From Nitrospinaceae bacterium (GTDB lineage Bacteria > Nitrospinota > Nitrospinia > Nitrospinales > Nitrospinaceae), in contig OZ245011.1 of the NCBI GenBank assembly GCA_965223665.1, forward strand, positions 4,128,001-4,192,000: a stretch of DNA of 64,000 bases, read 5' to 3'. The notes under the pieces were generated by a model, which was not told where the DNA came from, did no database searches, and saw only the letters and a program-made list of their open reading frames with translations. This document shows, in pieces, positions 45,692 to 54,835 of this stretch. Numbering within the stretch: position 1 is the stretch's first letter; each line of letters opens with the position of its first letter. Position numbers and translations under genes: made by a program.

Positions 45692-45751
45692 AATTAATCT
45701 TCCAGAAAACCCCTATTAAATTATTTTAAAATTTTTTTTGAAGAGGAAAAG

Positions 45752-46714
45752 TTGTCCAAGTACAGTATAGAAATATCAGAAAGGCAAGAGCAAGACATTG
45801 AGAATTGTATTATTATCACGGGAGCGCCAAGATCAGGAACTACCCTGTTAGGAAAAATAGTATCGACATTTGAAAATTTAGAGTATTTTTTTGAGCCACC
45901 AACTTTATATATGATTTCCTGTTTGGTTTCTGCCGGACATATCCCCAAACCCGCTGCAGCAGATTTATTAAAGATTTATTTATATGAAGACCTTTTTCTA
46001 GAATCTGTTCATGGTAGAAAAATAAATTTAAGACCAAATGATGATAGTTTGATTTTAAACTCAATCCCCTGGAAAGAAGTTGTTGACCGTTGGCAAAATA
46101 TCCAAAATCGCAATGATGCGATGAAAATAATTGATGAAAATTCTGTTAGGTGTGCATTTAAAATGCCTAATATTATGGATAGCCTTGATTTTTTTTGTGA
46201 GTACCTGAAGAATTGCCAAATTGTTTTGATTGTTCGAGATGGTCGAGAAGTGGTTCGCTCATTAATAAAAAAGGGGTGGCTGCAAGAGGAAGCCCTAAAA
46301 AATGAAATTTGGCCCTATCAAAGAACTACAGAAAAAGTAAGGGTCCCTTATTGGGTTGAATCTGATTATTATGAAGAATGGAACCATTGGAGTGAAGCAA
46401 CAAGAGCAGCTTATATGTGGCTCATTCATTCAAAAATTGCTAATGACTGGGTGAAGGATAATTCAATCAGTAATGATAGATTGATAATAGTTCGATATGA
46501 TGAATTGCTTAGTGAACCCGAAGAAACTGTAAATGATTTGTTGGAGTTTTTAAATTGCAGTAAAACCAAAAACTCTAACCATCAAATTAAAGAAATTAGG
46601 GAGCCATCGAAGATAAATTTAAAAGAATTAACAGATTTTTATTCTCAAGTTGATAAAAGAATTCTAGATAAATTTGTTAGGGTAAATCAACTTTGGGGCT
46701 ATGATAAAAATTAA
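45752..46714 (+). CDS. PAPS-dependent sulfotransferase
   Basis: ITGAPRSGTTLL 5'-PSB loop, IVRDGREVVRS 3'-PB motif, RYDELL; directly after cysC. Confidence 0.88.
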   Translation: MSKYSIEISERQEQDIENCIIITGAPRSGTTLLGKIVSTFENLEYFFEPPTLYMISCLVSAGHIPKPAAADLLKIYLYEDLFLESVHGRKINLRPNDDSLILNSIPWKEVVDRWQNIQNRNDAMKIIDENSVRCAFKMPNIMDSLDFFCEYLKNCQIVLIVRDGREVVRSLIKKGWLQEEALKNEIWPYQRTTEKVRVPYWVESDYYEEWNHWSEATRAAYMWLIHSKIANDWVKDNSISNDRLIIVRYDELLSEPEETVNDLLEFLNCSKTKNSNHQIKEIREPSKINLKELTDFYSQVDKRILDKFVRVNQLWGYDKN

Positions 46715-46732
46715 ATTATTCCAAAAGTTTCT

Positions 46733-47623
46733 ATGTCAGATGTAATAAGGATAATTCCCCGATTAGATATAAAGGGTCCCAATTTAATTAAAGGGATTCA
46801 ATTTGATGGTCACCGTGTTCTAGGAACTGCAGAAGAATTTGCTGAAATTTATTATCAGGAGGGGGCAGACGAACTTTTTTATCAGGACGCGGTAGCAAGT
46901 TTGTACCAAAGAAATTGTCTTCATGAAATTATAAAAAGAACGTCTGAAAAAATATTTATTCCTCTGACTGTTGCGGGGGGAATTCGATCTGTAGAAGATG
47001 TCAAGCAAATCCTCCGGGCCGGAGCAGATAAAGTTGCTATAAATACCGCGGCTGTAAACAATCCCCAACTATTTTATGAGTCAGCAAAAATATTTGGGTC
47101 TCAATGCATTGTGAGTTCCATCGAAGCATATGAAAAAGGAGGAAAGCATAGAGTGTGGGTGGATTATGGACGAGAAGTTACTAATATTGATGCTATTGAA
47201 TGGGCAAAAAAAGTTGAGGAATTAGGAGTTGGTGAGATATTACTGACATCAATTAATAGAGAAGGAATGGGATCGGGATTTGATTTGGAATTAATTCATA
47301 AGGTATCTTCTATTGTATCTATTCCTGTAATAGCCTGTGGTGGAGCAGGTGCATGTGATGATTTTTGTAAAGCGATTGAAGCAGGAGCCGATGCGGTTTC
47401 GGCAGCATCCATTTTTCACTACCATTATGCAAGGCCAAAAAAAGAGAGAAATACTATGCAATTTGAGGGAAACTCCTTGAGGATGGGAGAGCAGGTAGAC
47501 TCTGGTAATATTGACTTTCTAAATCATGGTTATGGGGGAGAACAGGCGATTATGGTGAATCCTGCCTCTATTCAAGAAGTTAAAAATGCTATTAAAAATG
47601 AATCCATAAATGTAAGATTTTAA
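46733..47623 (+). CDS. HisF-like subunit of a sugar amidotransferase (WbuZ-type)
   Basis: RIIPRLDIKG, GGIRS, GADKVAINT, FGSQCIV, GEILLTSI; next to hisH-like and wbuX-like genes in a glycan locus. Confidence 0.88.
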   Translation: MSDVIRIIPRLDIKGPNLIKGIQFDGHRVLGTAEEFAEIYYQEGADELFYQDAVASLYQRNCLHEIIKRTSEKIFIPLTVAGGIRSVEDVKQILRAGADKVAINTAAVNNPQLFYESAKIFGSQCIVSSIEAYEKGGKHRVWVDYGREVTNIDAIEWAKKVEELGVGEILLTSINREGMGSGFDLELIHKVSSIVSIPVIACGGAGACDDFCKAIEAGADAVSAASIFHYHYARPKKERNTMQFEGNSLRMGEQVDSGNIDFLNHGYGGEQAIMVNPASIQEVKNAIKNESINVRF

Positions 47624-47626
47624 AAG

Positions 47627-48286
47627 ATGAGTAAGGGAAAAATCTGTATTGTTGATTACGGCTTGGGAAATTTATTTAATGTCCAAAGAGCCTTTCACTA
47701 TATTGGTGCGGAAACCGTAATATCTGATTCTCCTGAAACGATATTCAAATCAGATAAGATTGTTCTTCCTGGTGTGGGGGCATTTGGAGAAGGAATAAAA
47801 AACCTTAATAAAAAAGGGTTAGCAGAGGCATTAGAGAAATCTAAAGTTAAAGGAAAACCCATTTTAGGTATTTGTTTGGGCATGCAACTTTTATTAAGTC
47901 GATCTGAAGAAAATGGTAATCATGCAGGTTTAAATTTTATTACTGGAAAAGTTGTTCGATTTCCTACCCCTACCCTAAGTGAAAAAAAGTATAAGATTCC
48001 TCAAATATCTTGGAATCGCATAATGTATTCGGAAAGCCAGAATGAGAATCGATGGAAGAAAACAATTCTAAATAATATACCTAATAGAGTATATATGTAT
48101 TTTGTTCATTCATATTATGCGCAAATTCAAGATCCTCAGTGCTCTATTGCTGTGACAACCTATGGAAATACCGAATACTCTTCAGTGATAAGATTTGAAA
48201 ATGTAATGGGTTGCCAATTCCATCCTGAGAGAAGCGGTAAATTAGGGTTGGAAATTTTAGAAAACTTTTTATTAGATTCTAATTAA
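47627..48286 (+). CDS. HisH-like glutaminase (WbuY-type)
   Basis: DYGLGN, LPGVGAF, GICLGMQ, YFVHSY, QFHPE. Confidence 0.9.
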   Translation: MSKGKICIVDYGLGNLFNVQRAFHYIGAETVISDSPETIFKSDKIVLPGVGAFGEGIKNLNKKGLAEALEKSKVKGKPILGICLGMQLLLSRSEENGNHAGLNFITGKVVRFPTPTLSEKKYKIPQISWNRIMYSESQNENRWKKTILNNIPNRVYMYFVHSYYAQIQDPQCSIAVTTYGNTEYSSVIRFENVMGCQFHPERSGKLGLEILENFLLDSN

Positions 48287-49518
48287 TGAAAATCCCTGCA
48301 GATAATAAGCATTTAAAAAATATTAAACCTAAATTTTCAACGTTAGATAGACAATTACAAGAACTGCCAAAAGAAATCAAATTCTGTAATAATTGTGTGG
48401 TTTCTAATCAACGTCCACGAACACTATTTAATGAAAAAGGAATTTGCTCGGCATGTCAATGGGCGTGGGAAAAAGATCATTTAATAAATTGGGGTGATCG
48501 AACTAAGGAGTTGGAAGAGCTTTGCAATAAATATAGGAGTAAAACGGGTAGTTTTGATGTTATTGTTCCAGGAAGTGGTGGAAAAGATAGTGCTTTTGTA
48601 GCTCATCAGCTTAAACATCGATTTAAAATGAACCCGCTTTGTGTTACATGGGCTCCATTCGAGTGGACTGAAATTGGCTGGAAAAACCTACAAAATTTTG
48701 TGAAATCAGGGTTCAGTAATATTATTGGCCAGCCCAATGGAGATTTACATAGAAAACTTTCCCGAGTGGCGTTTGAGGTAAAGGGCGATGCTTGGGAACC
48801 ATTTGCTTTTGGGCAAAAATCGTGGGCTTATCATATTGCTGAAAAATTTGGGGTTAAATTAATTTTTTATGGGGAAAATGGAGATCTAGAATACGGAGGT
48901 TCAACGAAGTATAAACACGTCCCTAAAGAAAGTATTGAAGATTGGGCAAGGCATTACTATAAAGGTGGAGATATTGATGAATTAGCCCAAACCGGGTTGG
49001 ATCGGGGAATATTAAATAAAGAGGAATCCCAATCTTGCGATTTAAAATGGTATAAAGCTCCACCACCCGAAGTAGTAAAGAAGCTTGAATTAGAGATGCA
49101 TTGGTTTTCCTATTACCTAAAGTGGACTCCCCAAGAAAACTTTTATTATGCAATGAAACATACGGATTTTCTTTTAAATGATGAGGGAAGAACTGAAAGC
49201 ACTTATACAAAATACGCTAGCTTAGACGATAAAATGGATGGGTTCCATTTTTACCTTGCTTATATGAAATTTGGATTAGGTCGAGCATCCAGAGACGCCC
49301 AACAAGATATTCGAAGACATCATATAACCCGAGACGAGGGTATTGCCTTGGTCAGACGTTATGACCATGAGTTTCCGAAGAAGCATTATTTATGGATGTT
49401 GGATTACTTGCAAATTTCTGAGGAATTTTTTCTTGAGGTAATGGATTATTATAGAGAGCAATCTAATGTTTGGCAAAAAGAAAATGGAAAATGGGCATTA
49501 AAGCATGTTGTTAGTTGA
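48286..49518 (+). CDS. N-acetyl sugar amidotransferase (WbuX/PseA/PtmG family)
   Basis: CNNC...RP...CSAC, SGGKDS PP-loop, YGENG, LDDKMDGFH..KFGLGRA. Confidence 0.9.
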   Translation: MKIPADNKHLKNIKPKFSTLDRQLQELPKEIKFCNNCVVSNQRPRTLFNEKGICSACQWAWEKDHLINWGDRTKELEELCNKYRSKTGSFDVIVPGSGGKDSAFVAHQLKHRFKMNPLCVTWAPFEWTEIGWKNLQNFVKSGFSNIIGQPNGDLHRKLSRVAFEVKGDAWEPFAFGQKSWAYHIAEKFGVKLIFYGENGDLEYGGSTKYKHVPKESIEDWARHYYKGGDIDELAQTGLDRGILNKEESQSCDLKWYKAPPPEVVKKLELEMHWFSYYLKWTPQENFYYAMKHTDFLLNDEGRTESTYTKYASLDDKMDGFHFYLAYMKFGLGRASRDAQQDIRRHHITRDEGIALVRRYDHEFPKKHYLWMLDYLQISEEFFLEVMDYYREQSNVWQKENGKWALKHVVS

Positions 49519-49542
49519 GTACTTTACTCCTTCTCTATCCCT

Positions 49543-50778
49543 GTGAAAAAATCTAATAAAATCCTTTTTGTGACATATGGAGGCAGTCATGTTGATCTGG
49601 TTGCTAGCCTCGTCCCAGCGATTAAAAACCATCCCAATCTTGAACATCAAATTCTGGCCTTAACCATTGCCAGTAAAAAACTAAATTCTTTAAAAATTAA
49701 TTTTAAACAGTGTAAAGATTTTTTACCCTTAGATGGTTATGAAGAAGCCCTTAAAATAGGAAGATCTTTGTCAAAGCCATTATGGGATAAGTCAACAGGT
49801 ATTCCTTTTGAGGAATCTGCTGCCTACTTAGGCGTTTCAATGGTTGACTTAATAAAGGACTTAGGGGAAAAGAAAGCGTGGGAGGAGTATGAAGGAAAAG
49901 GTAGAAAGGCTTTTTTGCCCTGTAATTTTTTACAGCAAATACTAAGTATTGAGAAACCGGATATAGTTGTTACTACCTGTGATGTCCGAATGGAACGAGC
50001 AGCTCATCTTTCTGCTTTGAAAATGAGAATGCTATCTATTCGGATTGAGGACTTGTTGGGCTTTTCCGTATTGGGGGAACATCCGGTAAATAATGTAGAT
50101 TATGTAATACCGAGGGAGGAGTGGCCTGATCGAGTAATTGTGCCTAATGATTTTACCAGAAATAGAATGCTGAAAGCAGGAATGGAAAAATGGCGTGTGG
50201 TTGCTCTTGGGCAACCATTTTTATCTCAATGGTTAGAAGAATCTCATTCATCAGAAAATATTTCAAATCGTAAAAACTTTATTAATGAAAATAAACTAAG
50301 AATTACCTATATCATGCCGGGGAGAAAAGATGTTTTAATTGACCAAGGAAAAGCCGTTACCGAATTAGCAAGAAAAAGAAAAGATTGGAAATTTTTATTT
50401 AAACTTCACCCCGGGGTACCCAAAAAGGAATTTTTAACCTATGTCCCAAGTCTTCCCGATAATATTTTATTGGTTTATGAAGGTGATTTGCGAGACATAA
50501 TAAATCAGTCAAGTATCTTAATTACTTTTAAATCAACAGTGGGTTTTCTGGGTTACTTGAGCGGCGTCCCTCTAATAATTTTAAATTGTACAGGCGAGTC
50601 AAATATTTTGCCTTATGTATCAGAGGGGATTGCTACACCGGTTTATTCCTATGGAAATTTGGAGTCGGAAATTGAGAAAAATTTAAAAATTAAAGAGACT
50701 GTTTCTGTTCAATCTAAAGTACTTGAAGTAACCACTGGTGCTTCCCAGAGGATTGCTAACTATCTAGCGGATTTATAA
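49543..50778 (+). CDS. GT-B fold protein, candidate nonulosonate transferase
   Basis: FVTYGGSH, PDIVVT, LGQP, FKLHP and STVG motifs resemble CMP-sugar/CDP-glycerol transferase-like folds; context. Confidence 0.5.
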   Translation: MKKSNKILFVTYGGSHVDLVASLVPAIKNHPNLEHQILALTIASKKLNSLKINFKQCKDFLPLDGYEEALKIGRSLSKPLWDKSTGIPFEESAAYLGVSMVDLIKDLGEKKAWEEYEGKGRKAFLPCNFLQQILSIEKPDIVVTTCDVRMERAAHLSALKMRMLSIRIEDLLGFSVLGEHPVNNVDYVIPREEWPDRVIVPNDFTRNRMLKAGMEKWRVVALGQPFLSQWLEESHSSENISNRKNFINENKLRITYIMPGRKDVLIDQGKAVTELARKRKDWKFLFKLHPGVPKKEFLTYVPSLPDNILLVYEGDLRDIINQSSILITFKSTVGFLGYLSGVPLIILNCTGESNILPYVSEGIATPVYSYGNLESEIEKNLKIKETVSVQSKVLEVTTGASQRIANYLADL

Positions 50779-50819
50779 AATCAAAAGAAAAATTTAAATT
50801 AATAAAGGAGTCAATTTAT

Positions 50820-51671
50820 ATGTGGGAAGTAAGTAAGGAAGCTTGGGAAATTCTGAATTCGTGGAATTTAGAGAAGAATCCATTTGCTGCGGTTGATGAT
50901 TATTCTGATTTAAAAAAAGAATTACGTTGGCTTAATCCTGGACATCGAGAATTGTGGGAAAAAATTATTATTCAACGATTAGATTTTTTAAGAGAAAGTG
51001 GGACCAACTTCGAAGATTTTTATAAGATTACCAGCCGACCTATTGTTCGGGAACGATGGGAATTCCTTATGGCCAGAAAAGCCTGGTACATAATGCCGTT
51101 GGGTTGGGATAATTTTTTATGGGGTTCTTGCAAAATTTTGGATTTAGGTTGTGGGGATGGCGATGTTGTACAAAGAATTATAAATTATATAGGAAATCAT
51201 TTTGATAAAAATAGCGGTATTGACAATAAAGTTCATTTAGTTGGAGTTGACTTAAATCCTTCCAGAATTGAAAATGCAAATAAACTTGTCACAAGTAAAA
51301 ATAAAAATATTACATTTGAATTTCATGTTGGGGACATTACGGGAAAAGGGTTACCATATGAAAATAAAGAATTTGACTTTGCAGTAAGCACTGCTGTGCT
51401 AGAGGCTTTAGAAGATAAGGCATTTTCAAAATTTATGGATGATTTTTGTAGGGTGGTTAAAAAAGGAATTTATGTTGAAGATTTAGCAGATAAATTTCCT
51501 GGAGGATTCCCTAGAGAAAATCTCAACGACTACTTTCAAGAAAGGGGATTTCAAGTAAAGCAAAATAAGACTATTTTTAATCAACCATTTAATATTTCAG
51601 AAATACTGGATCCTATGAATATTTGGCCTATAAAGTTGATTCGGAACCTTTGGATTGAGAGAATTAATTAA
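50820..51671 (+). CDS. Class I SAM-dependent methyltransferase
   Basis: ILDLGCGDG, GVDLN, GDI, FDFAVS; RBS AAGGAG; stop shares TTAA with the convergent asnB-like gene. Confidence 0.88.
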   Translation: MWEVSKEAWEILNSWNLEKNPFAAVDDYSDLKKELRWLNPGHRELWEKIIIQRLDFLRESGTNFEDFYKITSRPIVRERWEFLMARKAWYIMPLGWDNFLWGSCKILDLGCGDGDVVQRIINYIGNHFDKNSGIDNKVHLVGVDLNPSRIENANKLVTSKNKNITFEFHVGDITGKGLPYENKEFDFAVSTAVLEALEDKAFSKFMDDFCRVVKKGIYVEDLADKFPGGFPRENLNDYFQERGFQVKQNKTIFNQPFNISEILDPMNIWPIKLIRNLWIERIN

Positions 51672-53437
51672 ATTAAATTTTGGTTCCAAATTTCCAAGGC
51701 CATTAAGGCTCGGATTTCTCGGGTGAAATTAGCTTTTCCGGATTGATGATCCTTTAGCATTTCCCCAATATAAATTGGATTAAAAAGATCTCTACAAAGA
51801 GAATTTTTAGATAAGATCATTTTATATGCAAATTCGTAGAGTTCTTTTCGAATCCACTCCCCAACTGGCACGGTGAACATTTGTTTTTTACGATAAGCTA
51901 AATTTTTTCCAATTAAGGGAGTTACCGCTTTTTTAAACAAATATTTGGTTTCACCGTTCTTAAGTTTTAGCTCACCAGGCATGCGAAAAGCCAACTCCAT
52001 CATCCGATAATCCAAAAAGGGAGTTCGAGCTTCTAGCGAAACAGCCATTCCCATACGATCCGGTTTCACCAAATTATTTCCAGGCAGCAAAATCATCATA
52101 TCAATATAGAGCGCTTGATTGATGCGGTCCATATGGGAAGAATTCTCGAACAAAGGTTCAATTACCTGGTAAGGTTCGTCTTCCTGCAATAGCGATATAA
52201 GATTTTTGGAATACAATTTTTTCTTGTGGGAAGAGTCGAAAAGACTGATGTTTTTATAATAGGTTTGTCTAAAATGGTTATCACTTAAGCCAGAAACATT
52301 TTGTTTTGTGAAAAATTCCAGATATTTGTCATAACCTGCGAAAAGCTCATCTCCACCATCACCTGTTAAAACAACTTTCACATGTTGTGCGGCTAATTCG
52401 GCCACGCGGTATGTAGGGAGAAAAGATATGTCTCCATGAGGTTGATCACAGTGGTAGGTAGTTTTGGGCCAAAGGTCCAGCATATTCGAATCAACCCGTT
52501 CCATAATGTGTCGAGTATTAAATCGCTCCGCTGCCTCTTGAGCGAATGGAGCCTCGTCAAACCTTTTTTCATGAAATCCAATCGAAAAAGTGTTTACCGG
52601 TTGGTCAAGATTTTTAGCCATTAGCCCTACAACAGTGCTGGAATCTACGCCTCCTGACAAAAAAGCGCCAAATGGAACATCCGAACGTAACCGGAGTTTG
52701 ACTGCATTCTCTAGTACTTCAAAAAATTCTTCCTCCCAATCTTTTTCACTCTGGTTTTGACTCTCTCTCTTGGCCAAGTCCCACCATTTGTGCCTGGTTG
52801 AGTTATTGCGCGTTATTCGCATCCAATGCCCAGGCATTAAGTGTGTTATGCCTTTAAATAGGGTAAGTGGTGGTGGAACAAAGTTGTAGGTTAAAAAGCT
52901 GTCTAACGCCTGATAGTTTATTATTGGAGAAATACCTACTTCCAAAAGAGTTTTTATTTCCGAAGCAAACCAAAGACGCTTGCCATCATCATATATGTAA
53001 AGAGGTTTTACACCAATACGGTCTCGAATTAAATAAAGTTGGTCCTGGTTTTCATCATAGATTGCAATGGCAAACATTCCATTGAGACGCGAAACAAATT
53101 CAATTCCTTCTTTTTGGTATAGTCGAAGAATCACTTCTGTATCGGAATGGGTTTGGCAAGGATATCCTTCTTTTTCTAATTCCTTGCCTAGCTCAATGTA
53201 ATTATAAATTTCACCATTTTGAACTACCGTAATTTTTTTGTCTTCAGATTGAAAAGGTTGATGTCCATGTTCTAAATCAATAATAGATAGTCTCTGATTA
53301 CCAAGGCCTACCCCCTTGCCAGCAAATATTCCTTGGTCATCAGGCCCGCGGTGAAGTAAGGTTTTGCCCATTGTTTCCAGGAGGGAGAATTCTATCGATT
53401 GATTTTCTCGATCAAAGTAACCAAATATTCCGCACAT
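51668..53437 (-). CDS. asnB: Asparagine-synthase-like glutamine amidotransferase (glycan-locus type)
   Basis: MCGIFG, HRGPD, RLSIID, NGEIYN, LSGGVDSS, GDGGDELFAGY, EARTPFLD. Confidence 0.9.
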   Translation of the reverse strand: MCGIFGYFDRENQSIEFSLLETMGKTLLHRGPDDQGIFAGKGVGLGNQRLSIIDLEHGHQPFQSEDKKITVVQNGEIYNYIELGKELEKEGYPCQTHSDTEVILRLYQKEGIEFVSRLNGMFAIAIYDENQDQLYLIRDRIGVKPLYIYDDGKRLWFASEIKTLLEVGISPIINYQALDSFLTYNFVPPPLTLFKGITHLMPGHWMRITRNNSTRHKWWDLAKRESQNQSEKDWEEEFFEVLENAVKLRLRSDVPFGAFLSGGVDSSTVVGLMAKNLDQPVNTFSIGFHEKRFDEAPFAQEAAERFNTRHIMERVDSNMLDLWPKTTYHCDQPHGDISFLPTYRVAELAAQHVKVVLTGDGGDELFAGYDKYLEFFTKQNVSGLSDNHFRQTYYKNISLFDSSHKKKLYSKNLISLLQEDEPYQVIEPLFENSSHMDRINQALYIDMMILLPGNNLVKPDRMGMAVSLEARTPFLDYRMMELAFRMPGELKLKNGETKYLFKKAVTPLIGKNLAYRKKQMFTVPVGEWIRKELYEFAYKMILSKNSLCRDLFNPIYIGEMLKDHQSGKANFTREIRALMALEIWNQNLI

Positions 53438-53450
53438 AATTTTAATTAAA

Positions 53451-54005
53451 CTAAAAACTTCCCTTAAGGATTACCTGTTTGATGGTCATTCCGATTATTT
53501 TTAAATCAAGCCAAAACGATTTTTTATCCACATATTCTAAATCAAGAGCGGTTCGTTGGCCAGGAGTTGCCTGATTTCTGACTAAAGCTTGGGCTAAGCC
53601 AGTAATTCCTGGCTTAACGCTAATTCGCTTTGTCCATTGTTCTTGAGTGTAATTTTGTTTCTGAGCAAGAACATCTGGGCGGGGACCCACTAAGCTCATT
53701 TCTCCTTTAAGAACATTGATTAATTGAGGAATCTCGTCCAAACTGGTTTTCCGTAACAGAGAACCTATCCTCGTTATTCTGGAGTCATCTTTAGAGGTTT
53801 GGTATGTACCTAATTTGCTAGCGTTTTTCACCATGCTTCGAAACTTTATCATTTTAAATGATTTTTCAAATTGACCTACTCTATTTTGTAAAAAAAAAGG
53901 GTTTCCTGGAGAATCTATTACAATAGCCAAACCAATTAATATAAATAATGGGAATAGTAGAATTATTAAAAATAAACTGAGAGTGAAATCAAAGATTTGT
54001 TTCAA
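53451..54005 (-). CDS. Monotopic phosphoglycosyl transferase (PglC-like)
   Basis: KFRSM, DSRITRIG, SLDEIPQLINVLKGEMSLVGPRP, KPGITGLAQ, DLEYV. Confidence 0.93.
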   Translation of the reverse strand: MKQIFDFTLSLFLIILLFPLFILIGLAIVIDSPGNPFFLQNRVGQFEKSFKMIKFRSMVKNASKLGTYQTSKDDSRITRIGSLLRKTSLDEIPQLINVLKGEMSLVGPRPDVLAQKQNYTQEQWTKRISVKPGITGLAQALVRNQATPGQRTALDLEYVDKKSFWLDLKIIGMTIKQVILKGSF

Positions 54006-54019
54006 GGACCCAAGTATCC

Positions 54020-54835
54020 TTATTCATTTGGGTTGGCCAGTAGAGAAATAATTTGGACAACCTTCTTTCGATCTAATTCAATTTGTTTTAAGGAACGTTG
54101 ATTTAAATATTCTTCGCTTTCTCTTAACTTCTCGATTTCATATTTTAATTTATCAAAGTGGGCATACTGATCGGTTAGTATTCCTCTTTGAAAAGTTCGA
54201 GAAAGGATGACGGAAGATGATCCTAACCTTAAGTGTTCTCCTAAAACGAGTTCTCCGGGAAGTTGCCCCTCACCAATTCTTGCAATTCCCCCAAACCCGA
54301 ATGGCAGGTTTGCGGTTTTAATAATTTGTACCCATTCATCCACCATGCCATTTGCTAAGGGTTCAAAAATAAACTTTTGATTCAAGGCTAAATGCAAATC
54401 ATTCAGACCTAAATATATTTCAACTACTCCATTAATTTTTACAATTTCATTTAAACAGTCTGCGGCTTCAGGGGTTTCGACAAGTGGTATTACTCCAGTT
54501 CTACCAGCAATTTTTTCGCAAAAAAACTTTAGTTCATTAACTTCGCGAAACATGGGGAGCATTAGAAATTGAGGTTTGTTAACCAAAACATCCTCTATTT
54601 CTTTTTCTGTTCCTTTGTGAATTGGATTGAGGCGGACCAATAAGTCTGAATTTGGAATAGCAGATCTCACTTTAAAAACATCTTCAATTGAATGAGAGCT
54701 AATTAAAGAATCTAAATGACCCTGACGTTCTCTTTTTCCTATTATTTCAAGGTCTATGAATATTCGATCTACTCCAGCGGTTACGGCAGACTTTGCCAAT
54801 TCCGGTTGGTTGGTAATTAGCATTAGCTTAAGCAC
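54020..54835 (-). CDS. HpcH/HpaI aldolase / citrate-lyase family protein
   Basis: IFIDLE, VRLNP, MLPM, PLVET, LGLNDL. Confidence 0.75.
   Translation of the reverse strand: MLKLMLITNQPELAKSAVTAGVDRIFIDLEIIGKRERQGHLDSLISSHSIEDVFKVRSAIPNSDLLVRLNPIHKGTEKEIEDVLVNKPQFLMLPMFREVNELKFFCEKIAGRTGVIPLVETPEAADCLNEIVKINGVVEIYLGLNDLHLALNQKFIFEPLANGMVDEWVQIIKTANLPFGFGGIARIGEGQLPGELVLGEHLRLGSSSVILSRTFQRGILTDQYAHFDKLKYEIEKLRESEEYLNQRSLKQIELDRKKVVQIISLLANPNE

Noticed and set aside
46733-48286. hisF/hisH as histidine biosynthesis genes
   Set aside because: No other his genes are present; they are coupled to a WbuX-type amidotransferase in a glycan locus
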